The notes: generated by a model from the sequence alone, not told the origin. Positions 11,526 to 24,100 are shown, counted from the first letter of the stretch. The stretch: DNA of 64,000 nt from Andalucia godoyi And28 (GCA_009859145.1 VRVR01000014.1:189618-253617); one strand, 5' to 3'. Numbers and translations are program-made.

Positions 11526-12207
11526 AGATGCACATTAGAAACAATACAGTTCTGACAACGAATTAAAAAACAATAATAATAACGTCCAATAAAATAAGCA
11601 GCGAAGAAGGAAAAACAGGGTTGGAAAAAATCATACCAGTAATTAAATCCGACTTGCTTTCCATTTCTGGTGTAGAAATTAAATAGGAATCACAAATATC
11701 GACAATAACAAAATAGGATGCCTTCTTGTCCTTATCTTCTTCTTCTTCTTCCTTTTTCAGCGTTTGGTTCTTGTTGATCTTATTCCTGGTACGTTTGAAT
11801 GTCCTTGCTTTTCAGGGTCTGCGGTTTGACTAATTGATATTTTGGGGTCGTTTTGCGGGTAGTTGCAAATACGGATACGCGTTCGCGGGGCTGGGAATCT
11901 AATGTGGCAGATGACGAAATCAGGATAGAAAGCGGCAAATGGAACAAACTGAAAAGGAAAAAGGATAAAAGACAAAAGACAAACGGTTTTAGATAAAATG
12001 AGAAGTACGAAAACTCGAACAACGGACAGGGAAATAGGAAAAAAGCGTGTTTGTTTCGTGAGAAGGGCGCTATTGGGGGTTTTTCGATAAGCGCTTGATA
12101 ATTTGGCGGGCTGGGAGAATGAGTACCTATGCTTGTAAGAGATGTCAGTGTTTGACAGCTGTTTTTTCCCACCCCCTTTTGCAATCCATTCGGCCATTCT
12201 TGTGTGG

Positions 12208-12247
12208 TGTCACTTGTCACTTGTCACTTGTCACTTGTCACTTGTCA
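12208..12247. repeat. (TGTCACT)n tandem heptamer, about 5.7 units
   Basis: Directly visible, between the divergently oriented RB and PEX7-like genes. Confidence 0.95.
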
Positions 12248-12796
12248 GTCCAAAACGGCGGGGAAAAAAATGAGTGATTTGTTTTTTACAGCAGGTGATG
12301 CACGCGAAGATGCAGATCTTTCGTGTTTCTCGCCTACATTGTACACTAACCACGGATAATCATCGCTGATCACCCATAATCAATGTTGCAACCCAACAAC
12401 ATGCATAGCATGATTGGGAAGGGGGGTAGGCCCCAACACGCCCCTCGGCATGAGCGACGTTCCCAAGATAGATAGATGCGTTGCATGGACAATAAAAATA
12501 ATGAAATGAAATGAGCGTCGCTGTGCGAGAATGCAACGCGGCGGCGTGTTTATAAAGGGATTTCATGATCAAAATGGGGGGGCGAAACGAATCGGGCATC
12601 GTGTGACGGAGTTGCTTAAGACAGCGCATGGCGCGTGGCATTGGTTCTGTTTTACGTGCGCTTTAGATTGCGTCATCATATCGCGATAAGTGGCAGCGGC
12701 TCTTTTTTTTTTCATCTTGTTTGACTTCCTTGACTGGCCAATTTTTTTTGAATGCTGGTTTTCAGATTGTAGGAGGAGGATGTAAGAAAAAGAGAA

Positions 12797-14063
12797 ATGC
12801 CAGTTGGGATTTGTCTGGCGAGCTGTCCGCAATCAGTCAAGTTTTCTCCATTTCACAAGAATATTGTTGGCGTATGCATTCTTCCGTCCCCCTGCCGGAA
12901 TGTTGAAGCCCGGAAGTGTTTTTTTTTTTTTTTGGTTTCTCGTCCCCGAATGCATTCTAATCATGTTCTTTGCTCTTTTCTTCGATTCTTTGTGTTCCGC
13001 GTGTTCGTGTTCGTGTGTGTGTGTGTGTGTGTGTCAGATCTCATGCAAGTCGCGTCCTGGATATTCTCCGGTTTCCGGAATGTTCTATCTGCTGCATGTG
13101 AAGCCCGATGACAGCGATTTGGACATACTGCTGCAAGGTCAGATCAATTGCGGGTTGGGATCGTTTGACTGGTCGCATTCGAATGGAAATGTCTTCGTTG
13201 CTGCTTGCGACGACGCAAAATTGCGTTTCTTTGACGTGCAAAATGAAGAGCTTTTGATTTCGCAAATTGATTTGAAGGATCGGAAGTACGAACACAAGGA
13301 AAAATTCGAGTCCACAAGAATTGATCTTGTGGAATGGGACAAGGTGTCAACGGATCATTTGCTCGTTTCTGTCATGCAAACAGATCTCGTTGTGGTGAAT
13401 GTGATGAAGCACGATGAAAAGGTAGGTCGTGTGATCCAAAATCCGCATGGCACCCATTCTCCTATTACAGACGCCTCTTGGAACACCCATGCTCCGCATC
13501 AATTTCAGTTCTGTGATCTTCGAGGCAATGTTCTTGGAGTGGATTTGCGTTCGTTTGCAGCATCCCCTTCTTCAACGTCGTCGTCTTCTTCGTCTTCCTC
13601 CTCCAGGACCACCTTTGATTTTCGGATTGCGATCAACACAGGAGCAATTAGAATTGCGAGGAATCCTTTTCTTGAGTATGTTGTTGCGGTAGCGGGCTTT
13701 GACCACGGAGTTCGAGTGTTTGACCTGAGAATGTCCGGGCGCGGACCGTTTGCCTTGTACGAGCAAGCGCATTTTGGGACTGTTTCAAGCTTAAAGTGGT
13801 CGCCGCACGACGAGTCTCTTTTGGCGTCTGGTTCGCACGATCGCACCTTGCGGCTGTGGGACATTCGTGCTGGTCTTCAGAATCGGTCCGTGATGACGTC
13901 CTCGCTTCCTAATCGAGCATACGGAATAGAGCCATCTCTTGGCAAGCCCCAGAAAGTCGAGGACTGGGTAACTGGTGTGGACTGGAGTTTGCATGAACCG
14001 GGTATGGTAGGGTTTGTGAGCCATGACCACTTATTCAAGGCGTATCACATTGACGAAGATTAG
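12797..14063 (+). CDS. WD40 protein, PEX7-like; join(12797..12871,13038..14063)
   Basis: A GTATGC...TCAG intron joins QSVKFSPFHKNIVG in phase 0 to the WD40 ORF. FDWS..N.NVFVAACDD, VRVFDLR, LKWSPHDESLLASGSHDRTLRLWD and VTGVDWSLHEP occur in the PEX7 repeat order as I recall it. Confidence 0.7.
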
Positions 14064-14152
14064 CCGGGTCCGGAAGGCTTGCGGCGTTTCTGCGTTCCTT
14101 GCGCCGCGATACTTCCAAGGCTTGCTTATCGCATTTCTTGTTGATATTGATT

Positions 14153-15418
14153 TTATTCTGCAAACTGAATGCGAAATCGAAATGGAAATGTCAACGATGG
14201 ATCTGAGCAAATGACGAGCGAGTTGTTATCCATCAGCTCTCCTAGTGCCTTGTCCAGATTCTCTGCGTACATACTGTGCAAAGAAGGGTGATAAAGCTGC
14301 TGCCCGTACTCGGTCATCAGAGCAGGCCCCGCGAGCTGCTTCGACTGAACAAGATCGTCGACAAGAGCTCTGAGAGGTACGCTTGAGGGAGGGCAAATCA
14401 CGACCGGGTCTCCACATACCACACAGTCGTCAGACCGTGGATTAGCGTACGCGAACGAGTACACTCCTTCTTCTCCATTGTACAGCATGTAGTTGTCCAT
14501 TCGCGGTAGAATCCTCGAAATAATCTTCACGGCCTCATTTGCGCATGCCGCCGAGATGATTGCGTTGGTGGATGCAATCGCAGGAATAATGTTCTTCATC
14601 ACACCCTGCGCCAGCCGATACGTCACTCCTTGGATCCCAAATGCCCGAGCTCTCTCTGCGGATCTCTCGAAGACCCATTTCACATGGTTCGGGTCATCGC
14701 CGTCCAACGTTTCTCCTTTGTGCTGTTCACCCCACAATATCAAGACTGCATATTGCACACAGTGCTCAGCCAGCCGCGGAGTATTCTTGATCGTGCACAG
14801 CGGATATGTCTGTTGCGGTGGGAATAAAAACAATGTGCATTCAAAACACGCTGTTTGCTTTGGAATAATCACACGTATGTTACCTTGAAACCCCTCGGTC
14901 CCGCCGTCGATCATTGGGATTATCGACGCTGGATCCACCTGCAACGACACATTTCCATTGGCATCCACAACACTTTCATACTGCACAAGCGAGCACAGCA
15001 TATTGTTAATCCATCTCCGCGGTTCAATCGCGTCCAACCCGCAAATCACAAGTTGGAATTGCCGGTAATACTCCTCATCAAAATCTTGTATCCTAGCGTG
15101 GTGTGCAATCACCCGAGTTCCCTTCACGCGGTCCATCACAAACTTGGCCGCAACCGTTGCCTTTGGTTGCCCGACATCCGATTCGCGAAACAGGAACTGC
15201 CTATTTAAATTCGAAAGATCAATCGTGTCAAGATCAATGACGTGCATATCCCGAAATCCCGAAAGAGCCAGATCTTTCAGAAGCTCGCATCCCAGACCCC
15301 CAGCGCCAATCACAAGCACTCGGCAACATGCAATGCGATTCTTTGAACACGATGGGTCAAAATCCGCAGGCGACAATGGCCCAGCCCGAGTCAACAAGTA
15401 ATCAAGATCCAACATCAT
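14153..15418 (-). CDS. UBA3: NEDD8-activating enzyme E1 catalytic subunit
   Basis: VLVIGAGGLGCELLKDLALSGF, IDLSNLNRQFLFR, IPMIDGGTEGFQG, catalytic PLCTIKNTPRLAEHC, IIPAIASTNAII. Confidence 0.95.
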   Translation of the reverse strand: MMLDLDYLLTRAGPLSPADFDPSCSKNRIACCRVLVIGAGGLGCELLKDLALSGFRDMHVIDLDTIDLSNLNRQFLFRESDVGQPKATVAAKFVMDRVKGTRVIAHHARIQDFDEEYYRQFQLVICGLDAIEPRRWINNMLCSLVQYESVVDANGNVSLQVDPASIIPMIDGGTEGFQGNIRVIIPKQTACFECTLFLFPPQQTYPLCTIKNTPRLAEHCVQYAVLILWGEQHKGETLDGDDPNHVKWVFERSAERARAFGIQGVTYRLAQGVMKNIIPAIASTNAIISAACANEAVKIISRILPRMDNYMLYNGEEGVYSFAYANPRSDDCVVCGDPVVICPPSSVPLRALVDDLVQSKQLAGPALMTEYGQQLYHPSLHSMYAENLDKALGELMDNNSLVICSDPSLTFPFRFRIQFAE

Positions 15419-15930
15419 CTTGTTTTTCACGTTTTATTTTCGCCTTCCCCCTCTTTCCTACTCCTACTACGTCTTGCTTCTATTTTTTTTATTTTAATTA
15501 ATCATCATTGTTACTATTGTTGGTGTTGTTATTTTGCCTGCATTTTGAAATCGGGAAGGATGAGTCGTTCAACTCGTTTTTGTTTTTTTGCGCCTCAAAC
15601 AAACTTTTTTTTTGCAGTTCAAAGCGTCAATTGATGCATCTGGTATTTTTTTCCGTTTGAGCCTTTTTTTGGTTCGTGAAGGCCAAATGGAGCACGACTG
15701 ACAGTTTGTTGTGTAATGCTATTTTATCAGCTCTCTTTTCAAGCTTTTTCTAATGTTTAATATGATTTTTATGTTTTCATAGTTTACTCTATTTCATTAT
15801 TTTTCCCCTCTCTTTTTCCTTCTTTCTTTTTCTTTTTTCCACATTACGTACTCGTTTCTTTTTTATAAAAACTCTCCATCGGCCTGTGAGGGGGAAAAAA
15901 GGGAGAAGGAGAACACGAGAACAAGAAGAA

Positions 15931-18465
15931 ATGGCTGGATTGCCACGCGAGATTCTGAAGTGGCTTCAGTCGCTGGATCTTTCTTATTCTGTGAAAAATG
16001 TGAAGCGGGACTTTTCGAACGGATTTCTGGTTGCCGAGATTTTTTCTCGCTATTTTCCTTCGGACGTGCAGATGCACTCGTTTGACAATGGAATCGCGCT
16101 GAAGAAAAGGCTGGATAACTGGACTTTGTTGTACAAGTTTTTCAGAAAACGAGGAATTGATATTGATTGGACAGAATGTGAATCTGTTGTGCATTCAAAG
16201 CCGGATGCTGCAGTTCCGTTTATTGCGCATGTGTACTCAATCCTTACGAATAAGCAGATCCAGATCAAGCCGCCGTCCTTTGAAGCAGAGGTGGATGTGC
16301 CGGCGTTTGCTCTTCCAACAGCGTCCACTACTGTGAAGGCAGCTCTTACGAACTCGGAACTTGCATCGCATCCGGATAACCAGTATGCTCCCCAGCGCTC
16401 GGCAGTCGTATTGGGAGAGCATTACCAACAGCTGAAGAATGAAAAGGCAAGAGATCCGCAAAGGTTCACGCCACAGCCAAAGAAACTCGTGTCGCCGACT
16501 GGTGCAGCGGCCGCAACAACTGGAATCAACAACAGCAAGTCCGCTGGTGCGACTTCCCCGCAATCGCAGTCCTATGGCGGGATCCACGAGCATGCGGCTG
16601 GTACAAGAAGTCCGCAGACCGGCTCGGTTGCGGGATCGGATGTGGGATCGGATTCGGGAATCCAGTTCAAGGAAGTACAGGTGAAGAGGCTTGATGGTGG
16701 GCTATCGCAGCTCAGAGCAGCTCGTGAATTGAGCACTGCAGCAAAGACGTCGCAGGGATCATCGGGTGGTACACAGCCTTCCAAGGGGGGTCCCACATCT
16801 GGGAACTTCTCCGCAGAGGAACTGGAAAAGTTCCAGGCGCTTTCGGTCGTTTCGAACGGTTCGTCAGCTGCAAATGCATCAAGCGTCCTGGTATGGCTGA
16901 ATCGATTCGTCGAGGCACAGCTTTTGAAGACTGAGGATATCAAGATTTTGGATCCTGCAAAGGACACCATGGTAGCGTTTTTTGAGTCTGCAGGTGCTGA
17001 GGACTTGCCAGTAAGTTCAGTGAACGCAGTATTCGCTTCCATGGAATCAAAAATCGGTCAGCTTGCAGATATGATGTTGTCGTCTCCAAAGGAGTTTTTC
17101 CGTGCAATGTCTGTCTTGACTTCAGCGTTTCAGTTTGCTGCCACTTCGAATGTGTTCCTCGAAACGGTAGAGCTGCTGATCCGTCTCGGACAAGAATCCG
17201 TTCGAAGATCTCCTGTTTTTGCTTGGAAACTGTTCCAAGAATTTGGTTTGCCGTCGTTTGCACATGTTATGAAGCGGTCTGCATCGAAGAGGCATTCTTT
17301 GCTCAGAGTTTTTCATTCTTTTGTCTCCGAGGATGTAGAAAGTCAAATGACCTCCATCCAAGCATTGCAGGACGTTCTGCAGGACGGAGATGCTTTCTTG
17401 CACAGTCTGTCATTGCTTTCGCATGTCACATTAGCAGATCTTCCACGCGGTTCGCGTATCCCGGAAAAACTGCTCGATCTCTTTCTATACTATGCAATCA
17501 TTGGAATGGAGTCGGCGTCTCCGATTCTCCGAGCATCCTCCTTGTCAATGCTGCCCGCGGTTGCCCACGAATCCCCGGCCCACGTATTCAACTTGTTCGG
17601 AAAACTCGGTGCGCTGTCGCATGATATGTGGTGGGAGGTCCAGGCTCAGCTGGGAACGATTTACGCCGCTCTTGTTCTTTCGGTCGAGGATACGTCCAGA
17701 CATGCAGAAATATCATCACAGCAAGTGGAGATGTTGGCGCAGAGAGTATCCGATTTCCTCTCTTCCGTCTCGCATCCGTTGGCTGTTCAAATTGCGCTGT
17801 CCGAGCTGGCTTCCTGTGTAAGCAACAATTCAGCTGTCACAAAGTCTGTGTCGCATGCGTACGTCGAAAAGTTGTTGGAGATTCCCGAATCTCTTCGTGT
17901 GAACCTCTTCACCGATTCACCTCTGGCTCTTCCGTTGGTGACCCCTCCAATGTGCCCGTATGGCCATCTATCTGGAGTCCTGACGAGGTGGCACCCGATC
18001 GCGGTGTGTGAAGCCCTTGTATCGGTAGTGAAGGCGGAGCAGCGCGAGAATCTTGAAGTTGAGCACATGCAGATTCTGCGTGCTGCTCTGCGAATGGAAA
18101 CACAACCTGCGGAAACGACGTTGTGGGGAAAGGTGTATGACGACCTGAAGTACTATCTGTTCGCAGCGTTATGCGATCCGATGTTGTCTGCCATATCTGC
18201 GGAGTCTCTGGTTGTAATCTTCGACATTCTGCGACAATATGCGCTGCAGTCGTTGCCGACTTTGGTGAGTTCCTTGAAATTGATTTTCCGGCCAGACAGC
18301 GACCCTGATTTGCTGATTTGCCAGGAAATTGCAAATCAGTTTCTCGTCACGTTGTTGCAGCGGGGAGAGCCGTTCTCGGATTCTCTGCGCGCGGTTGCCA
18401 AGAAACTACCCGAAGAAGTTGCACGGTCACCGAAACTCAGAGAATTCATGTCGCTTTGTCGATAA
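15931..18465 (+). CDS. SPATA4: SPATA4/SPEF1-type calponin-homology flagellar protein with helical C-terminal region
   Basis: N-terminus LPREILKWLQSLDLSYSVKNVKRDFSNGFLVAEIFSRY...FDNG..LKKRLDNW is the CH_2-type signature. Confidence 0.75.
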   Translation: MAGLPREILKWLQSLDLSYSVKNVKRDFSNGFLVAEIFSRYFPSDVQMHSFDNGIALKKRLDNWTLLYKFFRKRGIDIDWTECESVVHSKPDAAVPFIAHVYSILTNKQIQIKPPSFEAEVDVPAFALPTASTTVKAALTNSELASHPDNQYAPQRSAVVLGEHYQQLKNEKARDPQRFTPQPKKLVSPTGAAAATTGINNSKSAGATSPQSQSYGGIHEHAAGTRSPQTGSVAGSDVGSDSGIQFKEVQVKRLDGGLSQLRAARELSTAAKTSQGSSGGTQPSKGGPTSGNFSAEELEKFQALSVVSNGSSAANASSVLVWLNRFVEAQLLKTEDIKILDPAKDTMVAFFESAGAEDLPVSSVNAVFASMESKIGQLADMMLSSPKEFFRAMSVLTSAFQFAATSNVFLETVELLIRLGQESVRRSPVFAWKLFQEFGLPSFAHVMKRSASKRHSLLRVFHSFVSEDVESQMTSIQALQDVLQDGDAFLHSLSLLSHVTLADLPRGSRIPEKLLDLFLYYAIIGMESASPILRASSLSMLPAVAHESPAHVFNLFGKLGALSHDMWWEVQAQLGTIYAALVLSVEDTSRHAEISSQQVEMLAQRVSDFLSSVSHPLAVQIALSELASCVSNNSAVTKSVSHAYVEKLLEIPESLRVNLFTDSPLALPLVTPPMCPYGHLSGVLTRWHPIAVCEALVSVVKAEQRENLEVEHMQILRAALRMETQPAETTLWGKVYDDLKYYLFAALCDPMLSAISAESLVVIFDILRQYALQSLPTLVSSLKLIFRPDSDPDLLICQEIANQFLVTLLQRGEPFSDSLRAVAKKLPEEVARSPKLREFMSLCR

Positions 18466-18624
18466 TAAAATGCGAAAAGCGGAAACACATCAACTGAATA
18501 TATCATCCACGTGCATATACTGTTTTGTTATGTAATTGATAAATAAAAAATCACGAATACTAAAAAAGGAACCGCGGGGGGGAAGAGGGGGGTTGGTTGC
18601 TGTCGCTTTGCCGTGGAATATGGA

Positions 18625-20628
18625 CTAGGCAAAGTATGCAATTAAAAACGCAGTCAACGTCACAGAAACGCAAGCTGCTGGTTTGTTCAAGATTTTCAAC
18701 CAGTCCCGACTGACCCGGGCGTGCGCGGTTGCCGCAGACTCCGAGTCGAAGCCAGGAGTCAAGTCGGACATTGGTGTCACCGGATCGATCCGGTCCTGGA
18801 TAAGAGCGTCAGCGTCCGTCGTTTCCGGATCCTCCGACATCTTTCGGTCGCCCGTCTCCTGGTCTTGCTGCCCTCCCAATTCGAGAACGGAAATGTCTTC
18901 CGCAAATTGCGCACGTGCTTCGCCTTGGATTCTGTGTTCATCCTCGCTAGTCCTCACACGATCCACATGCCTGCGATACATCCAAGCGATACCAACAACC
19001 TTGTCGCGAGGCGGGGCTGCAGACAGGAGTGACACGGTAACCATAATCACCCATCCAGCACCAAAACTCAGTAGTGCAAAATAGAGGTAGTTCATGTTTG
19101 CAAAAAAGAAAAATGACGACGACCCATCGTATCCTCCCAATTCCTTGAAAATTCTACTAAACAATCGATAGAAACCCAGAGAAAACCCGCATATCAGAGT
19201 CGTCAGCGCTCCCCTGGCATTTGCACGAGGCCACACAATGCCTGAAAGATACGTCACCGCAACTGTAGGAGACAAGTTCGACGTCGTGTCTTGGATGTAG
19301 ACAAACAGCAACGAGGACGATGAACGAGGCATCAGCGGAATCCAAAGAAGGGCACAAACAATGATAAGAAGCGTAGCAAGCCGCCCAACCAGCAATAGCT
19401 CACGCGGCGTCGTCCGCTTCTTGAAGCGTGTGTATACGTCCATCGTAAAAACGGTGGATGCACTGTTGAAAACAGATGCAAGGGACGACATTGCAGCGCT
19501 TAACATGGCCGAAATCATCAAGCCACGAGCTCCTGCGGGCAACAATTCAGAGACCAAAACGGGAAACGCAAGGTTTGGGTTGGGGCCTACGATCTCTGGG
19601 AACAGGACACGTGCTGCCATCCCCGTGAAAATCAATGTGAACGGATTCAGAATCTTGAATCCGGAAGCAAGAACGCATGCGGCTTCGGCATTCTTCTGGT
19701 TTTTTGCAGAAAGCACACGTTGGGCCTGCACTTGATCGAAGCACCAGTACCAGAGAGCCAGCACTGGAATCCCAAAGAAGCATCCTGGCCAAGGAAACTG
19801 CTTGTCGTCAGCCGGTTGAACAATCCGGAAGTACGAGGCGGGAAGCTTCTCCATGAGTCCCGGAACTCCACCGACGTTCACCATTGACACAATCAACAGC
19901 GTCACAGCCCCTGAAATGAGCACGGCAGTCTGTATGACTTCCGTCACAATGACTGCTTTGAGTCCACCTGCCAGTGTATACCCCCCTGTCACGAACACAA
20001 GAAGAAATGCAGAAAAATACCAATCCCAGCCTAGCAGGAGCTCCAATAACAATGAAGCGGCAAACAAGGACGCTGAGATCTTGGTCAAGACGTACAAAAT
20101 CAGGTCGGAAATCGCAATCAATGCTCTGCAATGCATGGAAAACCTCTTTTCCAAGAACTCCGGAAGCGTGAAAATGGCTGCAGAAAGATACACGGGAACA
20201 AAAAAGAACGCAAGCAGCATCAAGATGAACACAGGCATCCATTCAAACATTGAGACGACCACTCCGCGAGACGCACCAGAGCCAGCAAGTCCAATGAAAT
20301 GCTCGGATCCAATGTTGGAAGAAAACAGCGAAAGCCCAGCTGCAAACCACCCAACGTCTCTGCTTGCTAAAAAATACTGTGAAACCGCTCGGGTAGACTG
20401 CGCCGCTTCTTGGGCTCCATCGGCCTGACTACCCGAACCACCACCACCATCATCACCACCATTGCTACCACCAAAACCACGACGACCGACGCCGCCACTC
20501 CACCGCCTTCGCAGCCATGGAATCCTATCGCGGACGGACGAATACAACCCAGATGCAATAACCAGCACGAAATACGTAGCCAGCAGAATCCAGTCTATCG
20601 GCTGCAAACTGACTTCCAATTCAACCAT
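18625..20628 (-). CDS. Sodium:solute symporter (SLC5/SSS family, SGLT/SMIT-like)
   Basis: YFLASR...SLFSSNIGSEHFIGLAGSGA, YWCFDQVQAQRVLSAK, AAMSSLASVFNSASTVFTMDVY; many TM segments. Confidence 0.93.
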   Translation of the reverse strand: MVELEVSLQPIDWILLATYFVLVIASGLYSSVRDRIPWLRRRWSGGVGRRGFGGSNGGDDGGGGSGSQADGAQEAAQSTRAVSQYFLASRDVGWFAAGLSLFSSNIGSEHFIGLAGSGASRGVVVSMFEWMPVFILMLLAFFFVPVYLSAAIFTLPEFLEKRFSMHCRALIAISDLILYVLTKISASLFAASLLLELLLGWDWYFSAFLLVFVTGGYTLAGGLKAVIVTEVIQTAVLISGAVTLLIVSMVNVGGVPGLMEKLPASYFRIVQPADDKQFPWPGCFFGIPVLALWYWCFDQVQAQRVLSAKNQKNAEAACVLASGFKILNPFTLIFTGMAARVLFPEIVGPNPNLAFPVLVSELLPAGARGLMISAMLSAAMSSLASVFNSASTVFTMDVYTRFKKRTTPRELLLVGRLATLLIIVCALLWIPLMPRSSSSLLFVYIQDTTSNLSPTVAVTYLSGIVWPRANARGALTTLICGFSLGFYRLFSRIFKELGGYDGSSSFFFFANMNYLYFALLSFGAGWVIMVTVSLLSAAPPRDKVVGIAWMYRRHVDRVRTSEDEHRIQGEARAQFAEDISVLELGGQQDQETGDRKMSEDPETTDADALIQDRIDPVTPMSDLTPGFDSESAATAHARVSRDWLKILNKPAACVSVTLTAFLIAYFA

Positions 20629-21174
20629 GAACAGAAAAACAAGAAACTGAAATTCAAGATTTCAACGTAGCCGAATAACGCAACAATACCAAAACACCAA
20701 ATGAAACAAAGCTACCGAAGAAAACCAAAGGAAAATGTTGCAAAAAAAAATGCAATCACATGAATTACTAACCTCCAACGCAAACCTCGTCAGAATTTTT
20801 TTCTGTCGCTCCCACAACTGCTTTGTTCAGAATGTAGAGTTTTTTCTCTCCCCCAAACACACTTTCCATTCGGCAGTAGCACCAATGCAGTGAGCATTCA
20901 TGCTTTTTGGCGGCGATTGGTGAGTCTGCGCAATCGCAAACGACAATTTCGCGTCTTCCTCTTTTGGAATAAGCAGTCGAATCGCGTCGACCTATGCAAA
21001 TGCCCCGCCCAAAAAGGACCGCTATTGGACGAAAGAAATCCCTCCAATTTTGCGAGTCCATCCGAAAACGGATTTGCTGTTCTTACAATGCGTGAATCCA
21101 ACGGAATCTAATTGAAAAAGAAGAAGAAGAAGAAGAAGAAGAAGAAGAGGGTAGAGGATTGTTCGCGTGACTTC

Positions 21175-24100
21175 ATGCTTCGAATTCCAGTTTTGCAAGC
21201 TCTAAAGCAAGAATGGGACAATTATCAATCAGCGATTCGAAACTTGGACGAAAATGAAAATGAACAGCAGCCCTTCCAGACGGATGTTCTCGATGCATTT
21301 GCTGATGATGATCAACATCTGAGATTAGATGCCGTACCAACAACGAGCGGAAGTAACATCCGAGTATCCAATCAGCTAACCGCGGTTTCCATTCGACAGC
21401 CGGCAGGAGCAACAGGAGAAGGAAGACCGGAAGCCGAGGGGAAGCCGATTTCGCAAATGAATGTGCATACGTTTCCGAGTGCTTCGGCTCCAGAAGCTGT
21501 TGATATGATCGTTATGAATGACAACAGCAGTTCAGATGGACAGCAAAATTATCACATGCACAGAGAGACGAGTGGCATTCATGTGGAATCCATGTCGCGT
21601 CGACCGGTAACCGTCACAATGACTCGAATCCCTGGCGGATCTGCGAGTGCGAATCTACAAGGCCCAACATCCAATGCTGATGCTGAAGCCAATGCTGCAG
21701 ATCCGCGGGCCAAGATCCGTGTCAGCAGTGATCTTGATGCGGCGCCGATTTCTGGGGCCCCACAAGATAAAAACGGACCAGCGGAGAGGGCAGTCATTGT
21801 ATCCTCCGCAGCCCGGGTAGATGAACATCCGGTTGCTGAACCCAGGTTGGTCGCAAAGGAACTTCCCGCGTCCGCATCCGATGATCAGCATCCTGTTGTC
21901 TCTCATTTGCCCTCCGTGTCGCCGACGTCTTCCATGTTGGAGACCTCCGTGGTTCGGTCTACAGTTCCGGAGTCCCCAGTCATTCGAGTAGACCATGAAG
22001 CTTCCGTGCTGGAGGAGGAAAAGGAAAATGCTGCGGTCTCTGGCCAGTCGCTCGTGACGCGTACCCCTTCGCAAATTCGAACTGCAAAGCTACCTGTGGC
22101 ATCCCCTGGCGTGGCCATCAACGTTAAGAATGGTTTGACTGCTTATCTTGAGGAAAAGAAAAGGAAAATCGAGGAATTGTCGAGCAAGACAAGGATGCAA
22201 CCAGCGCTCACTACTTCAACTCCGAGGTCTCGAAATTCTTCGACCAGCGGCTCTCCACGGACACCAAAGTCTTCTCAAGCAGGAAATGCCGCTGCATCAT
22301 TCATGACTCCGAGTTCTGCTCCGTCTGCGTCTGATTCGTCTCGAACGCGAATTCTAGTTCCCACGCCCACTCCTCCTAGAGGACCTGTCGTGGACCAGAT
22401 TGCACAGTCCGTTGGACTCTCTCCCGGGTTGTCGATATCTCCGATGAAAATGCCAGTACCAGAGCCCGCAATTGCCGATGACAGCATCGCTGTGCGGCTT
22501 TCTCCAAGGTCTTCTTTCGATCTTGAGGCGATGCATTTTGAAGACAAAGCAACGTCCTTTTCTACGGACAATGGCCGAGATGTGTTCGGGAGATCGCTGC
22601 ATTTTGAAGAGAAGACGGTACAGGTGTCGTTTGAAAGTCCTCCGCCAGTGGAGGACAGAAAACGGACGCTGAAGTTGAAACGAACGAGAGACCAAAAGGA
22701 TGCTCGCAAGGTGCAGCGCCAGCTGAAGGACGAAGATCGGAATCTCCAGGATATTGAAAAGCTCTGCGTTGATTTTGCTGAGTCTCTCCGCATGAAGCGA
22801 AGTCATCTCGAGCAGATTGACCGGCAAATAGAGCAAGATCGTGAGTGGATTCGAAATCGGGTGATTCAGAAGCAAGAGCTGTCCAAGAAAGAGGAGGAAA
22901 TCGTGGAAGATGGCTTTGCGACGGCTCTGCATGTTGTCCAGGAAGTGCACCAACTTTCTAGGTACAATCCGCAGCTGCAAAGGGTGGCGTTTGAAGATCC
23001 AGAAATGAGCGCATTGTCAAATCTGGATACGAATTTTGAGACTCCCACGGAAGAGGGTCTGGATGACGCGAGAATCCGACGTGTCTTGGGTTTGGACGAT
23101 GACTTTCCCTATGAATCGTTTCGAAGTCTGAGGGTGGTGTCTGCACAGCAGCGACCGCTGACCGCTCTTCCGTCTGTGGCGAACTCTGAGTACAGGAATA
23201 CAATCCCGACGATTCCTCCTCCCCCTCCAAGAAAGGCATTCGGTTCGTCGGATGCGTTGAAGAAAGCAGTGAAATTGATTGCACAAAGACGAGACATGCA
23301 AGCGGAGAAAGAACGAACAGAAAGACAGCGGCAGATGCAGATGCATTTGGCCGCGAGCACTGCCCTGGCTCGTGAGCATGTCGTGCAAGAGATCCCGCCG
23401 TCTGAAAACCTGCCTGTCGCCACTGTCGCACCTCAGACCAGTGAGCCCCTCTGCGACATCTCCGTTATTGCGTCTTCAGAAAGCGTTCGCAGCAGTTTGG
23501 TCGAGGTCGTGAAATCAGTGGTTCCAATTTCTGAAACAGACACTTGCCCATCTTCGAAAGCTGTAGCGCGAACAGTAGGATCTCCTCCTCTCGCACTGAC
23601 ATCGGCAGCGGCGACGGCAGTCGTGGAAGAAGCTGTTGTTGTGCAGCGCGAATCTGTTGCGACTCAAATGTCGCGCCCATCTTCTCCCGAAATAGTGGAT
23701 TATCTTATTGCTGAAAAGTCCCGCGTACGAAAAACAGAGGTTCCTGGCCGCCACCATGTATTTCGAGAGCAGGATGATGTTGGTGTCCAGGTCTCGGAGC
23801 CCGAAAAGAAAATGGCTGCCAAGTACATGATGGCTACACAAACCACACATTCTGCACCGGTGACGATGGATGAAGTGGTGCAGTGGGAAGAGAAAGATTG
23901 GTTAGGATCCGCTCCCGCAGGCCATGCCTCTCCGACAGTTCCGCATCCTACGTATTTGCGAAAGCCTGCACTGCAGAAGGATGAATTTTCTGCCGAGAAT
24001 GATGTGGAAGACGCTCACGAAGACGGGAATGCTCTTCGTGCTGGATACACCCCTTCGGCGGTTGAACTGGAGGCTTTGACTACAAAGCCGTCAACAAAGC

